Shown here piece by piece: positions 25,561-38,467 of a stretch of 64,000 bases of DNA. The notes under the pieces are model-generated. The model ran no database searches, was not told the DNA's origin, and saw only the letters and a program-made list of their open reading frames with translations. The stretch comes from Massalongia carnosa (taxonomy: Eukaryota), in assembly GCA_965645245.1 (NCBI GenBank), contig OZ287068.1, positions 1,922,001 to 1,986,000 of the forward strand, in the 5' to 3' direction. The stretch's first letter is position 1. Each line of letters begins with the position of its first letter. A program made the translations under genes and the position numbers.

Positions 25561-28500
25561 CCATCTGAGTGAAGGTCAAAGATGTTGTGAAATAACCCTG
25601 TAAAGTACCCCATCGATCCGATAGTAGAGGTAAATCCTGAGAAGTCAAGGTATGTAAGAGAAGAGGAATACACTAGGGAGATAGATGGAGCGCTATCTTC
25701 GAGAGTGGTGGTTTTTCTCTAAAGGAGATTAGATTTGGTATGGGTATGCGTTTGAAAGATCGATACAATAAACCTAGAAAAATAAATAATCCACCAACCC
25801 CAAAAGAATTTCTGCCAAAACTCTTTGCTAAACATATCTCATACGATTGAGAACTATCCCAAACCCGAAATCGCAAAAATGGTATGAAGCTAGTGTGCAA
25901 AAATCAAATATCATGCCTTCGAGACTATTTTAACTCAATGATCAAATAATGGGGTTGTTCTTTCTTCCTCTTCCATTCTGCTTTTCCTAAAATAAGTTAG
26001 TCACTAGGCTCTCTGTCCAATTCACAACAGCCGTTTGATAACTGTGGTCAGCAAAACAGAGATTATAGATCCGACAACAAGACATCTATAAGAAAATACT
26101 CTCCAAGAAACCGTTCCTTCAAAACGCGTGAGTACCCTTTGCCCAGACAGGTTGCTGCATCGCTCAGGTGCAGTGCTAGATCGCCCCATTAGCCTCCGGC
26201 CACCCGGCTCGGTCGGAAGAGTACTGACTGAGCTCATGGCTTATGTCCTTCTGAATATCAAGACAAGCCTCTAATTCTTTCAGCATTCTTGGTGGCACTC
26301 AATTAAATGCATCTCAAAGAATACTGCTGAACAAGGGTTGCTAGGGTTTCCTTCAAGGCATTGAACAGATAATATGATAAAAGCTGGAAGACAGCCTGAT
26401 CGCAGCAAGTGCTCTAGCACCGACCTAAAGTATAAAGGACAGTCTTACGTTACTCCTGAGCGCGTATAAGCAAGGACGAGAATCTAGTAGCAATTGCGTA
26501 AGAGAAACTGGGAACCAGTCGGGGTTTCTGGCTGAAAATGAGACAGAACTAACTTGTAGTCTGATAAGGAGAGTGTCAGGTCATTTAGAGACTACGATGG
26601 AGCGCCTATCGATCCAAAGTTGTAGACATGTTAGCCAAAAGAGCACGAAGCCCCAATATGAGGTTCTAGGCCAGAAAGACGGCCCTTGGCCAAGTCCGTT
26701 GCTTAACCCACTGAATAGATCGAAGATGACCACCCACGCGTAACCGGATCAATAAATCCCTTGTGAAGAAGTCGACCACCTCCGATACGCGACGTCCAGA
26801 CCATCAACGATGGAAAACGCCATGAATAGAGGCGTCAAAACTGCCATCTGAGCCAGCACCAGAAGGAATCCGGTTTATCCGGCGTCGATAAATCCCATAC
26901 GGGCAGTCTCAGATATCAGGTCTGCTGAGTCCATAAAGCCAAATGGTTGACTAGTGACACCACATCCATTTGACTTTGTCTTACCTAGGCTTGACCAACG
27001 CCACCACTAGTAGACTGTCGGGTAGACTGATGACAGTGGTGGAAGTCGTCTAGGTATTGCAGTGGATTTTTCATTTTCATCTCACAGTTCTCGAGTGTTT
27101 GGTACTAGCGAGAGCTACTTTGGGGATTTGATGCATCCACGAAACCCAAAGGTATGCATGCATCGAGTCTAGATATTTCTGTACACTGTAAAGTACCCGA
27201 TACCCCATACGCTTGTACCTCATGCACTGTACCCAATACTCGTTACTTGGGTAGGTAGGTCATGCTGCAGTCGGAGGATAGAGGAAGGTCGTATTGAAGT
27301 CGTTAGTTTCATCAATAAGAGGAACAAGAGGAGTGGCACTGACAGTGTGGATAGGAAAGTGGAGATAAGCCAAAGAAGGAGCTGTGATTGGAGCAAATCA
27401 ATCTGGGGTAAGGACGATCTCATTCCTCCACCCCCGTCAGCATCTAGCGTCGATGCATGACGCTCATTTAGGGGTTGAAGGCATATGTTGGTACTCCGTA
27501 GCACTGTCGATCCTTGTCGTCTCCCAGGTACTCAGGATGTACTCTGTACGCCGCACAGAGCTCTGGGTAAGTACTCGTAATCCCTCTAGTTCAATACTGC
27601 AAAGGTACAGCGTATGTCCAGAGTATTTTGCATGCTTGTGCACACAGCAAGGTACTTACCCTATGCCGGTGTTGTGAGCGATTCGGAATCTTGATCATTT
27701 CAAGAGCACAGACAAAGTCAAAGTCCAAAGACTACAGATAGATACGTCAGGTTTATGCCGCTCGAATCGACGACTATGTTTGTGATTTTACTCTCATGAT
27801 TGAGGGTAAGGGAAGGAAGAGATTACAGAGGACTCGGTACTCGGTACTCGGTACTCGGTACAGACAGAGTACAGAGAACAGAGCATCACATTACATCTTA
27901 AGGCTTGCCAGCCACTTGGGTACCTGAGCTTATTGACGTTCGAGTGGTGTGAGAATACTGACCGTATCCACTCGCCAGGGTACTCCGTACAGCGGATCGC
28001 TGATTCGATGCTTGGCAGACTGGAATGACATGCAGGATTGGCAGAGATAATTATATACGGAGTACCGAGCACAATACTCCGTACTAGAGTCTCTGTACAG
28101 AGTGTGTACTCCGCACAGAACTCTGTATGACTGTCGCTTTCCTCTCAATGTCGGGACTAAACCCATGCTCCACCGTTGAAAGCTTAATTAGCGTCTTTCG
28201 CTGTGAGTTTCCATGCGGGGCGTCCGCAAACTTGTAGATCCGACCTGCAACCTCTCGCTGGCGAACGGAAAGAGGACCAACACTCACTTCTTCATCACCA
28301 TCACAGCCACGTATCGGGCTGAAACCTCTTTTGTAATAAAAATCTTTTCGCTACGTTCTTTGCCTTTGGTCTTTGTCCCATCTTGCCATCTACAGGTCCA
28401 CCTGATTACACAATTGGAAATCTCGTATCACCACAGGCAGCGGAGCTGTTTCCGTGACCACCTCCTCGTCCGGAAGAACCCTCCCCCAAAACACAACATT

Positions 28501-28972
28501 CTTCCAACACTGAATCGCGAATCGGCCTCTATCAGTAATATGGTCATGATCGCCTGGAATGTCATCTGGACGCTGACTTGATCTCTGATCAGTTGCTCAC
28601 GGTCTTGAACGACAGCCCTTCTTGGGAACGAATCCTCCCCATATTGCGGGTCTTGAGTACCACGCCCAGATCAGAATCACTTAAATTACATGACTGTCTC
28701 GCCGTCAACGGGGTTGTCAAAGCGATAGAAACACATGCAGGAAACCTGGAGCAACAATAGCTTTTCCACCCAGGCATTATCATCATGGATCATACTCTTG
28801 CTCGGAGTTCCTGGACGTAGCCCACTTAGTCAACATGGTATCTGCTAGGGCTGAGACTGTTGATCAACCTCAATGACATTGATGTTGGGCAATTCCATTT
28901 GCCTAGAAAACCATTTGTGCATTGATACCACGGGAAGAGACCTAAGATAAGTAGAGGGAACGCAACGAAGGT

Positions 28973-31900
28973 ATGGCGACCACGAACAATGAGAGCAGTG
29001 GTGGAGGATATGAGGATGCCGAGAGTCTTAGCGAAATAGAGACTCCACAGCAGCGGCCAGTCTTAACCGCAAGTGCGCTCGAATTCTGTGACGCAGGCAT
29101 CAACAACGAAAGCACAGGCCTCTATCAATATGAATATTCCTCCGCTCAGTCAGACCAGCTTTCCTGGTCATCAGAGTTTGAGCAAACAGTAAGGCCAAGA
29201 TCAGATCTTTCGTCACTCCCGTCAACTGCACAGACGCTAGCGGTACCGTGGACAATGGAAGATCTACAAGCTCACGCGCCTGAGCTTCCTCCACAGCGTT
29301 CTGGGGAGGGCGATCCGTTCGCGTATTGCAGTAGAGAATATCATCCCACAGCGGTTGTACTAAATCGGAGCGTCGTTGACTTGTCCCGGGCGACCTCCAC
29401 GTCAACACTATCCACAACGTCAGAAAACGGTCCGAGTCCCGGCAGACATGACAGCACTTCAGCTTCACAGTCTCCAGAAAAACGTCCGCCGGCCTCGAGG
29501 GATTTTTCAATTCAAACTATCACTGGGCCTACTTCGGATCCTCAACTTCCTCGTCCCACCTCGGTGCCTAATCTTCCAACACAATCTACGGCGCAAAAAC
29601 GCCGTGGCGATTCGAAATACCCCAACTATCCAGATCAATCATTTGCAGCGCTACAGTCGCAGCATTACCCTCCATCTTATCATCCGCTAAGAACTCGAAG
29701 CTCACACCCTGCACACAGTGTCTCCTACTCTCCGAGCAGTTCGAGGCCGCGGGACTATTCCAATATGCCTTCTGGAGCGAAGACCGTAGGCAACACACCA
29801 GCGCAAAGCCCCGGCCTCTTCACCCCAACGATATCTAGAAGCAAGAATATTGGTGACGATTCAGAAGAAAGTCATTACAATACCCCGCTGCTTCATCCCA
29901 CTCATCTTCAAGCCCCGAAAGAGTAAGCCCCGATCCACTTTTATTGTACCCCCTACTTCTCCAAGCACACTTCTACCGTTTGGCATGCTGATAATCCCCA
30001 GGACTCACAAACTTACTAAGGACGTAGATCCCGTCTCAGGCAGGAAATTGGTGAACGACTATGAAATCTTCCAGAAGCTTGGTAGTGGCCAACATGGCAC
30101 GGTCAAACTGGGCAGAAACATTTACAATCATGAGTTAGCAGCCATTAAAATTGTCCGTCGCTTCTCGAAGAAGCTTCGCCTGGGCAAATTTGGAGATCCA
30201 AATGATATGACGAAGAAAGAAGTTGCAATTCTAAAGAAAGCCCGTCATCCCCATGTCGTGAGTCTGCTCGAGGTCATCGATGATGACGAGTTCGGCAAAG
30301 TCTACCTGGTTTTAGAGTACGTAAGGCTTGGAGAGATTGTTTGGCGCAGGCGTACCGACAAGGATATTGCCATTTTTGAGATGAACCGTATCAAGCGCGA
30401 GAAAGAACAGCATTTTGACGAAAAATACGAAATCGAAGAGATTGAACGGTTCAATGCCACGGTTCCATCTAGGCGTGCAGAGAAGGCTCGAGTATTGGAG
30501 GAACAGAAACGCCAGGCTCTAGATCGGCTGAACGCAAAAGCTTTCAAGAGCCGAGACCTCCAAGCCGATCCTAGCCCGTTCTGGAGCCTGGAATACGCCA
30601 CAGAAGTAGAGGAAGAGCAGGCGTTTGATCCTACCAAGCAGCCTGACCCATCTTCCACGGAACCCGAGGCCCAAATAGAAGACCATATGCTCATACCAGA
30701 CGCAAACCCATCATTCCCAGTGACTAGCAATCCAGTTGATCTGGACACACCGAGACCTCGGTCAAGTCTGAGCCTAATAGGGCCTCTTCCCTCCAAACCT
30801 CGCTCGTCTTCAAACTCCCACCCTGCATCACCTGTCAGACTTGAAGGGCACATGCATGTGCCAATCGTCTCGGACCAGCGCTCCCATGAGGTGGCTTTTC
30901 AATCGACCCTAGCGCAAATTATTTCCGAACAAAGCAAATTGACAGCAGAGGAAGAGGAGTTCATACAAGTACCGTGCTTGACAATATCACAAGCCCGAGA
31001 CGCATTTCGAGATACCGTGCTTGGTCTGGAATATCTTCATTACCAGGGTATAATCCATCGCGACATCAAACCGGCAAATCTCCTGTGGACTGCGGATCAT
31101 CGCGTCAAAATATCGGATTTCGGAGTTTCTTACCTTGGCAAGCCAATCCGAGAGGATGACAACAATGAAGAGATAGCCGAAGCCGATGCGGAAGTTCTTG
31201 ATGAAGCCATCGAATTAGCAAAGACTGTTGGCACGCCCGCGTTCTATGCTCCAGAACTTTGCGATCCCGAGTTGTTTGACTTCGACAAGAATCCCGAACG
31301 ACCCCTAATCACTGGCCAGATCGACGTTTGGGCTCTTGGAGTAACGCTGTATGCTATGATATTTGGGCGCTTGCCTTTCTTTGATGCGAACGAGTTTGCC
31401 ATGTATGAGAAGATCGCTAGGCAGGAGGTATTCATTCCCCGTCTGCGACTCAAGGGCGCGGAAGACACCGTCAAAGCCCCTACGAATATGAACAAGAGGC
31501 CGGATGACGTTCTTGAATACGAAGAAATTGACGACGAGCTACGTGATCTGCTAAAGAAACTCCTGAACAAGCAGCCCTCGCGACGTATCAGCCTCAAAGA
31601 TGTCAAGCATCATCCATGGGTCCTTCGCGGCATTACCGACCAATCGGCTTGGGTTGACGAAACCGATCCATCGGTGCAGAGCGAAGGAAAGAAGATTGAA
31701 GTCTCGACTCAAGAAGTTCAAGAAGCTGTTGTGGGCGTTACTATCGTTGATCGTATCAAATCTGGGATTCGCCGGCTGAACTCAGTTGTGCGAGGTCGTG
31801 ATGCTCGCAAGAGAGGGAACAGTAATGTGAAAGCTCTCGATAACAAAAACGGAAGCCCAAGCAGCCAAGATGGGAGGAGGTCCAGTCTCAGCGGCGGCGA

Positions 31901-33044
31901 ACAAATCTACAGCGCGCTCCGGGCCTCCAGAGAAGGCTCCGAACATCCGTTGTCTCAGAGTGTTGCAGTTAGCCCGGAGATGAAATCAGGCCCGTCATAT
32001 TTCGATAATGTTCGTGGGTCAACGGCTATGACTCCAAATGAGGACCGGCTTTCCGATCGGCCAAGTTTTCTTGAACGTACACTTTCCAACGCTGAGTCTA
32101 CAAAGACCATTAGGGCATCTGTACCTGCCATGCTTCAGGATTCCACCTCACCTTCTACTGAGTCATTGTCTCTAATAACTCCTGTTCATGATGCCACTAT
32201 TTCGTCGAGTTTGAGAGGCATTTTTGGTGGGGCAGGGCGGCGCTTCGTGACCGGTATGCGAAGCAGGGAGCGAGGACGGGGTCGGGAGAGCCCCTCCCAG
32301 TCCAGTCGCTCATCTTCAGTGAGCACGCATTCAACAAATTTAGAAGACCCTCACAGTTCGCCGAGCGTAGCACTCTCTTCCGTTGTTGCAGCCGGCCATG
32401 TGGACCACCCATTTCCATCATGTGACAATTATTTACTTGCCGAGCCTACCCCTGCCAAACAAAGCGCTTCGGTCTCTCTTCCACGATTGCCTGGAATATC
32501 TTCTTCGGAAGCATTCCGCCACCCGGTCGAAGACCGGTACCGCCGTCAAAGTCAGGAGTACCGCCAATCCCCGACGAACCGCCGCCGTACAATCTCCTCG
32601 GCAGCTGATATTGCCTGTTCCCTTTCCCCTTCTCCCAGCTACAAAGATTTCTTCCGAGATCACCCTCATTCCATCATTCATTCCGACGACGCTCCTCCTT
32701 TTGGCATATCTTCTTCTTCCGATCAGATCGCGTCCGGGATCAGTGAGTCCACCTCCCATCCCAGCATCCCATCCGTCATCAGTGGCGCCTCTTCGCTCTC
32801 GGCGAACCTTGATAAGTATCCATCCTTGCTGAAGGAATCCTCCCATCCGTCTACCATTGTATCAAGAAGTCCAAAGAGTGTGTTTGGAGGCGACGAAATG
32901 CTGGATCATTTCTCAGCACTGAATTCTGATCCTGTAGAAGCGAAGTCAGCTGTAGACGACGATGAGGCGGGATACAACGGCGAGGGGGAATTGGACTCGG
33001 ACAGCGACGATGGCATTGAGATGGGCGCCGGTCGACGGAGATGA
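28973..33044 (+). CDS. SAK1: CaMKK-type Ser/Thr kinase (Snf1-activating Sak1/Ssp1-like); exons 28973-29922, 30002-33044
   Basis: LGSGQHGTVKLG, AIK, HRDIKPANLL, DFG, KTVGTPAFYAPE and DVWALGVTLY, with a large kinase insert. GTAAGC..CAG intron at 29923-30001 gives APKETH. Confidence 0.9.
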
Positions 33045-33899
33045 ATATCTAAGGAGGATTCTTTCGGACAGAATCAATATCCAAGGGAACCGGGATTGCC
33101 GGACGTGTGGTACTGACATGCAGAATAACGATCGGATGGGATGGCGCCAATTTCTTATGATGATGTGAAACCTGGGTATTGATTCAACTGTCATCCTATA
33201 TCACGATGCTGATATTCCCCGTGCACCGCACTAGCACCAACCTAGCATTGTCTTCGATCTTTTTTTAATCTCACGATCTAAATTACGGGGGGATGGATTG
33301 CTTTAATATTTACACATTTTTTTTGATACGATTGGCCTATAGACTTCACTTCCAACTCCATCCTTACCTTTCTTATTTTGAGTCCACGCATAAACACACT
33401 CCACTCTCCCACCTTCCACCCCTCCTAATCCCGCCTCTCCTGTAAATCAATACCTCTCAATCATTCTCTTTTCAAATGTCACTATCACCCAAAGCTTTCT
33501 CCTTGCGATTTCTTCATCGTTTTCGATTTCATCTTCACCTTTATCATCATCTTTCGAGCTTGGATCAACAACGGGGGAAATAAAAGACACCACAAGGGCG
33601 GCAAGTCATCTGTATCAAAAATTTCTCTTCCTCTTCTTTCTATTCCCCGTCATAGCAAACTCGAATGACCATTCGCTTAAGGATCGGAAAGCCGAGATCT
33701 AGGCGAGAACTTTGTTGGTGCAAATGAGGCCAGGAATAGGAAAGAAGGGGGTTTGCGTTGCTGGGAGATTTCTCCTCGGAGCTCGATCATCTTTCATTCA
33801 TATTTGTGCCGGGGCGGTTGACGGATGAATGAATGGATCAGATTAGATGTCCCGGGCAGGTTTGGGATTGCGTGGGGTATTTAGGTATTTGAGTCCGCA

Positions 33900-35400
33900 A
33901 TAACACCAAGCTATTTATCTTCCTACAGATCCCTCAAGTGCTTTTCCTTTCTTTTCTTCTCGTTCTTTCCTTATCCCCGCGATTTTGATCCTGTGATTGT
34001 TTTCACATAGACACGTCAAATACTACCCCAACTAAACAACCCACCAGCTCCAAACCCCCAACTTCCCCTCGTCCTGCTCGTCCTACTCGACTTCCGAAGC
34101 ACCCCCGTCCATCTCGTCTAGTCCATCTACCTACCAAATCTAACAAACCCCAAAGCCCATAAATAAAAGGCTCGACTGAACTGAACTGGACCCAGGTAAC
34201 TTTTTGAGGTTTTTTTTTTCAAAATAAGAGAGGATCTGTCTGCATTTAAGAAAAAGAAGACAAAAAAGGAAAGACATGCACGCACATTTTATCTATTAAT
34301 TATCTCCTTATCTGTACGAAGTAAAATAGAGAAAGTGATCGACTGTATCTCTGATGTCGATCGGACAAGCTCGCTCAGTTTCTCGTCATTCTGTTACACG
34401 TTAAATAGACATGAAGATCGGTAAGTAAATAAACCCAATACCTACCAGCATCTCTACCTATCTCTCGATTTGTTGGTGGGGTGGCTGATTGGTTGGTTGC
34501 ATGGGAAGGAAAGGGATTGGGTATGTATGTATGTGAGGGAGAGAGAGAGCATCCCAGCTGATTATGTATCTAGTCAAAGTGATCGATCGATCAACCGGTC
34601 AAGAATCAAGCTGTCAGTCACCGCTAAAACTGGAACCGGAAGCCATGGCTTATCTATCAGTTTATCTGGTGATCTATCGTACCAAATCATATATCGTACA
34701 CAACTAAATTACACCGACCGAACGGATATCCCCCTAGATCTAGAAACCCCGTCTGAAGATACAGAGAAAGGGAAGAAATAAAAAAGGAAAGCTTTAAGGA
34801 GGAGGTAGTTGGTTACTTATTTAAGGATCATGTGCTAAGATTCGCTTAATTGGTTTGATTAATCAAATTGCCTGATCGATCGATCAATCCAACACATAAC
34901 TAACCAATCAAATAAACCGACCGGCCTGTCATTACTAATGGCTAGACATCTACTTTAGCGTCGAAAAAAATACGGATAGTTAATAAGCTCAAATTGATGA
35001 TGATGACGATGATAGAGACGAGAGATATGGGAAATGGAGATGGAAAGAAAAAAACGAAAGAGAGGGAGACCCCAAAAAAGAAAGGGGGAAAGAAAGGCAG
35101 AAGAAGCGGCGGAAGGTGATATGTGTAGCTGGAGTTTCAAGAGGTATGTAAGTAGTCTAGGTTAGTTGGGGAAAACTTAATGGGACCGAGAGAGATTTGC
35201 GGTCCGTATCTTGGAGTAACGAACGAACGAACGAACGAAAGGATAAGGGCATAGACATGAAAGGGATGATGCTGGTTTCAGCGTGAGTAGAGGGTTCATC
35301 CCCATTCTGGTGGAGATGTTAGGGAGGGGGATTATTTAGGACTGATTGACTCTTATATTATACAAGTTACTTACCTGCCTAGATAAATAATACCTATTAT
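33900..35400. repeat. Low-complexity spacer between convergent SAK1 and PTC5
   Basis: (ACGA)n near 35218-35238, (GATC)n, (GTAT)n and poly-A/T and purine tracts. Confidence 0.7.
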
Positions 35401-35742
35401 AGGTAATGTGAGTCATCGATACCACACTCACCTGGCTATCTATCATTTAAAGCGATTAAAGGAAAGAAGAAAACGGACCTCAAACGTGCCGCTTGTCGAA
35501 ATATAGGAGGATGATCTGAAAACGAGGGCCCGATACTAGATAACATAACGATGCTGTCTGGAATGGGGTATATATAGATAGCTAGAGACTATCATTTTGC
35601 TTGCAATCGACCGACCAATTAGAATCCGATGCGGACAAGAACACCCATGCACGCTGGCGGGCACAAACGAAGAGCTGAGGCCAAGGAAGGAAAACCTTGG
35701 GTCACCAGCAGCGAAGGAAAGCGAAAGAGGGAAAATGAAAGT

Positions 35743-37802
35743 CTAAAGTTTAGATTTCACGGCGGCGCTCGCGTCCGGATTCAGCACCACGTCGCTGCTA
35801 CCCGCACTGTCGCCTTCGCCGAAGAAAATGACTTCGACGGTAAGGTCGTCACTGTTGCAAAGATGTCGTTAGTACTACCACAAGCTTTTGAACAGGGGGG
35901 AAACCAAAGGGAGAAACAGAAGTTTAGCTGGGCAGAGAACGGAGTTGTCGAAACCTACCGATATCGCCTCGCAAATGGACTTGGCAGCGTTAACAATGCA
36001 CACACCATATCCCGATCCCTCCCTCCCAGCGCATTCCTCACAAGATGGGTCGCGGCATTCTTATCCTCAACCACGAACCGCGCGTCGCCGCCAGGGACAT
36101 TCCACTGCGCTTGCCGAAGGGGGATGCGTTGGCCTTCGTCCCCGGGCTGGCCGTTGTTGCGGGTTGACGCTTTCTCCACCGGGAGTGACTTTCCGGGGTT
36201 GCTGCCAAACCAGCTTTTGAGCCATGTTTGCTTATTACTAGTACTGCCAGCACCTGTTGCAGAAGCCAAAGGTTGTGAATCAAGCCATTGTCCCACTAAG
36301 CCAACAACCTCCTCGTTGGAAAGCATTTCCCATAACCCATCCGTGGCCAAAACCACGAAATCGCCCGTCTCCGGCTGCACTTTGGTAGTTGTGACCACAG
36401 GCTCAGCCGTCACATATGGAGGGGTCCTGAGGGACGTAGGCACGCTTCGGCCGAAGAAGTTTGCCTTCATGCGATCCTGCACATCTCTGCTCCACTTATA
36501 GCACGAGTCGCCAAACGCGCGGCTTGGCTGTAAGCTGCCTAAAATGCGGCCATTGCGCACCACGTTATCCTCTCCTGGGTGCTCGGCACGCAGCCGGGCC
36601 ATTTCGGAGGGCGTACCTCCGGTCTGATCTTCAGACAGGGCCGTCGCAACCCATTTCCCTGTTGGACCTCTCCGTCCCAGCACGGCGCGGGAGTCACCGG
36701 TGCAAGCAACGCGGAAAAGCTTGGAGCGACTGTCATAAAAGGATAGCAGAGCGCAAGAACCCGAAAATGCTGGAGCTAGGATCTCGGCGGCTGCCCGTTT
36801 CGATTTATTTTTCAAAACCTTTTGGACGCTTTCGTGGATAATCTCGTGGTCGAGTCGGAGGAATCCTTTTTTGATTGCCATGTCTATGGCTTCTGGAACT
36901 GGGAATGTGATGGCAGGATCTGTTTGCGCCGACTTGTAGGTTGCGTTAAGTTCTCGGGCTACGAAAGATATGAGTACTTGCCGTAATTTTGCCGATGTCG
37001 TCCAGCCGCTGTGTATCTTATAAGTCGCACGATAAGTTACTTCTCCTCTGGTTGCCTACCTGTGTCCATCAAAAACACCCCAGAACATCCAATCACTACT
37101 GGACGATCCATCCTGTGTGGGCATTACGGTTTGCGAAACCTCCACTATCTTCTCGGCATGATCGTCCTCAATGGGATTGTTACTCGGCAGCTGAACAAGA
37201 TCATATCGTACAACGCCTCGACCCCTGCCTACAAAATATGATTCCTCACTTCTTCGTAGCTTTTGGGTGGCTTGCTCTGGGGTCAGCATTGCTAGAATTT
37301 GTTGGCTTGGATCTTCGGCCTCTTTGGATAAAGGCGCGTCTTCGGAGAGATCTCCGACATAGAACTGGTCGTCTTGAACTATAAGGGTTCGTCTCCGAGA
37401 TGTCTCAGTAGGCTCAGCATCAGCATTATTGAAAGAAAGCTGCGACGCCGCAGGTAGTGCCCCTAACGAGGAGTACTGCCCATGTTGAGGAGCAGTTGTT
37501 GCCTGTGGTTTCCTAGCTGCTGACCTGTCTCCATTCATCCACGCTCCCACATCTGACACTCGTCCGTCCTGATAATAGTAGACACCTCCAAGCAGCGCAA
37601 GTAGAGTGAATACAGGGTATGTAGGAAATCGCATTGATGAGAGTAGTATTTGAGACCGGCCATATCGTTTTGGGGTGGAAGATATCGAGCGGGTACCCAA
37701 GGCACCGTTTAGGATGGCAAGCTGGGAGGTTTTAGAGCCTATCAGCCGGTGGACTGGATTACGTCGAGAAGTGCGGAGAGCTTGAAGTGCTGCTCGACGC
37801 AT
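35743..37802 (-). CDS. PTC5: PP2C phosphatase (pyruvate dehydrogenase phosphatase Ptc5-like); exons 37802-37060, 37008-35959, 35851-35743
   Basis: SNNPIEDD, WGVFDGHSGW, TGDSRAVLG, LQPSRAFGD, ATDGLWEML and RRYRDDLTV. Arg-rich N-terminus plus a TM segment; ends VKSKL*. Confidence 0.93.
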
Positions 37803-38467
37803 TGAGAGAGCGGATAGGTCGTACGAGAGACGTTTAGAGGAGCGCTCCAAGTGTTTTGCTCTGAAGCGACAAACAACAAATGGGTGGATCTGCGGATCTG
37901 TCGGAACAAAATTCCGCTAGCTATAATCCTACTCGCTTATCATCATGTGCCGTAGGTACCACCCGCGCTATATCAAATACGGAATGAAGCGCGGCTAACC
38001 ATTATATGGTTGCTATGGACAACTCGGTGTTTAATCTACCTTCAAGCGTGTGTGTGCAGGACCTATAATCAATTCCCATTGGATTGTCCCAGTTTTCCAT
38101 CGTATGACTTGCATAGGACCGACCAAGTGCGAATCCAAGACGGGCCTAGAACGCTTTATCCTGCGGAGTTCCCCACTCGTTTGCTGTGTTTACTCCCCGA
38201 CCTTTCTTGAGGCCTTCTTCAACGAATAACCTTCACCACCAAAACTCATTTGGCACGTTACAAGGTTTTATCCTTTGCTCAGATCATCTCGGATAAAATT
38301 TTCATTTAAAGAGGATTACTTATCGCTAGAGCGAATCCGCCTAATAACTCCCTAAAGATATGAGCTGAAGCATTGGCAGCATAGCGCTGCTGCTGCTTCG
38401 CCAAGAAACCTAGTCTAGTATACAAATCGTCAGTCTTTCACAAATTCCTGTCACTTCTAGTCCTGTC

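Noticed and set aside
25600..27480. Possible hidden gene or transposon relic in a long intergenic region
   Set aside because: I saw no long ORF, terminal repeats, or transposase or RT motifs. A non-coding transcript is not excluded.
28302..28310. CACAGCCAC Crz1-type site upstream of SAK1 (also CAGCCTC near RHO1)
   Set aside because: Single short matches are too likely by chance to call without conservation data.
28835..28880. CTGAGA segment suggesting a TPP riboswitch
   Set aside because: The remaining conserved core is missing and there is no adjacent thiamine gene.
35629..36501. 290-aa plus-strand ORF
   Set aside because: It is antisense to PTC5 exons and has no recognisable motifs; a shadow ORF.
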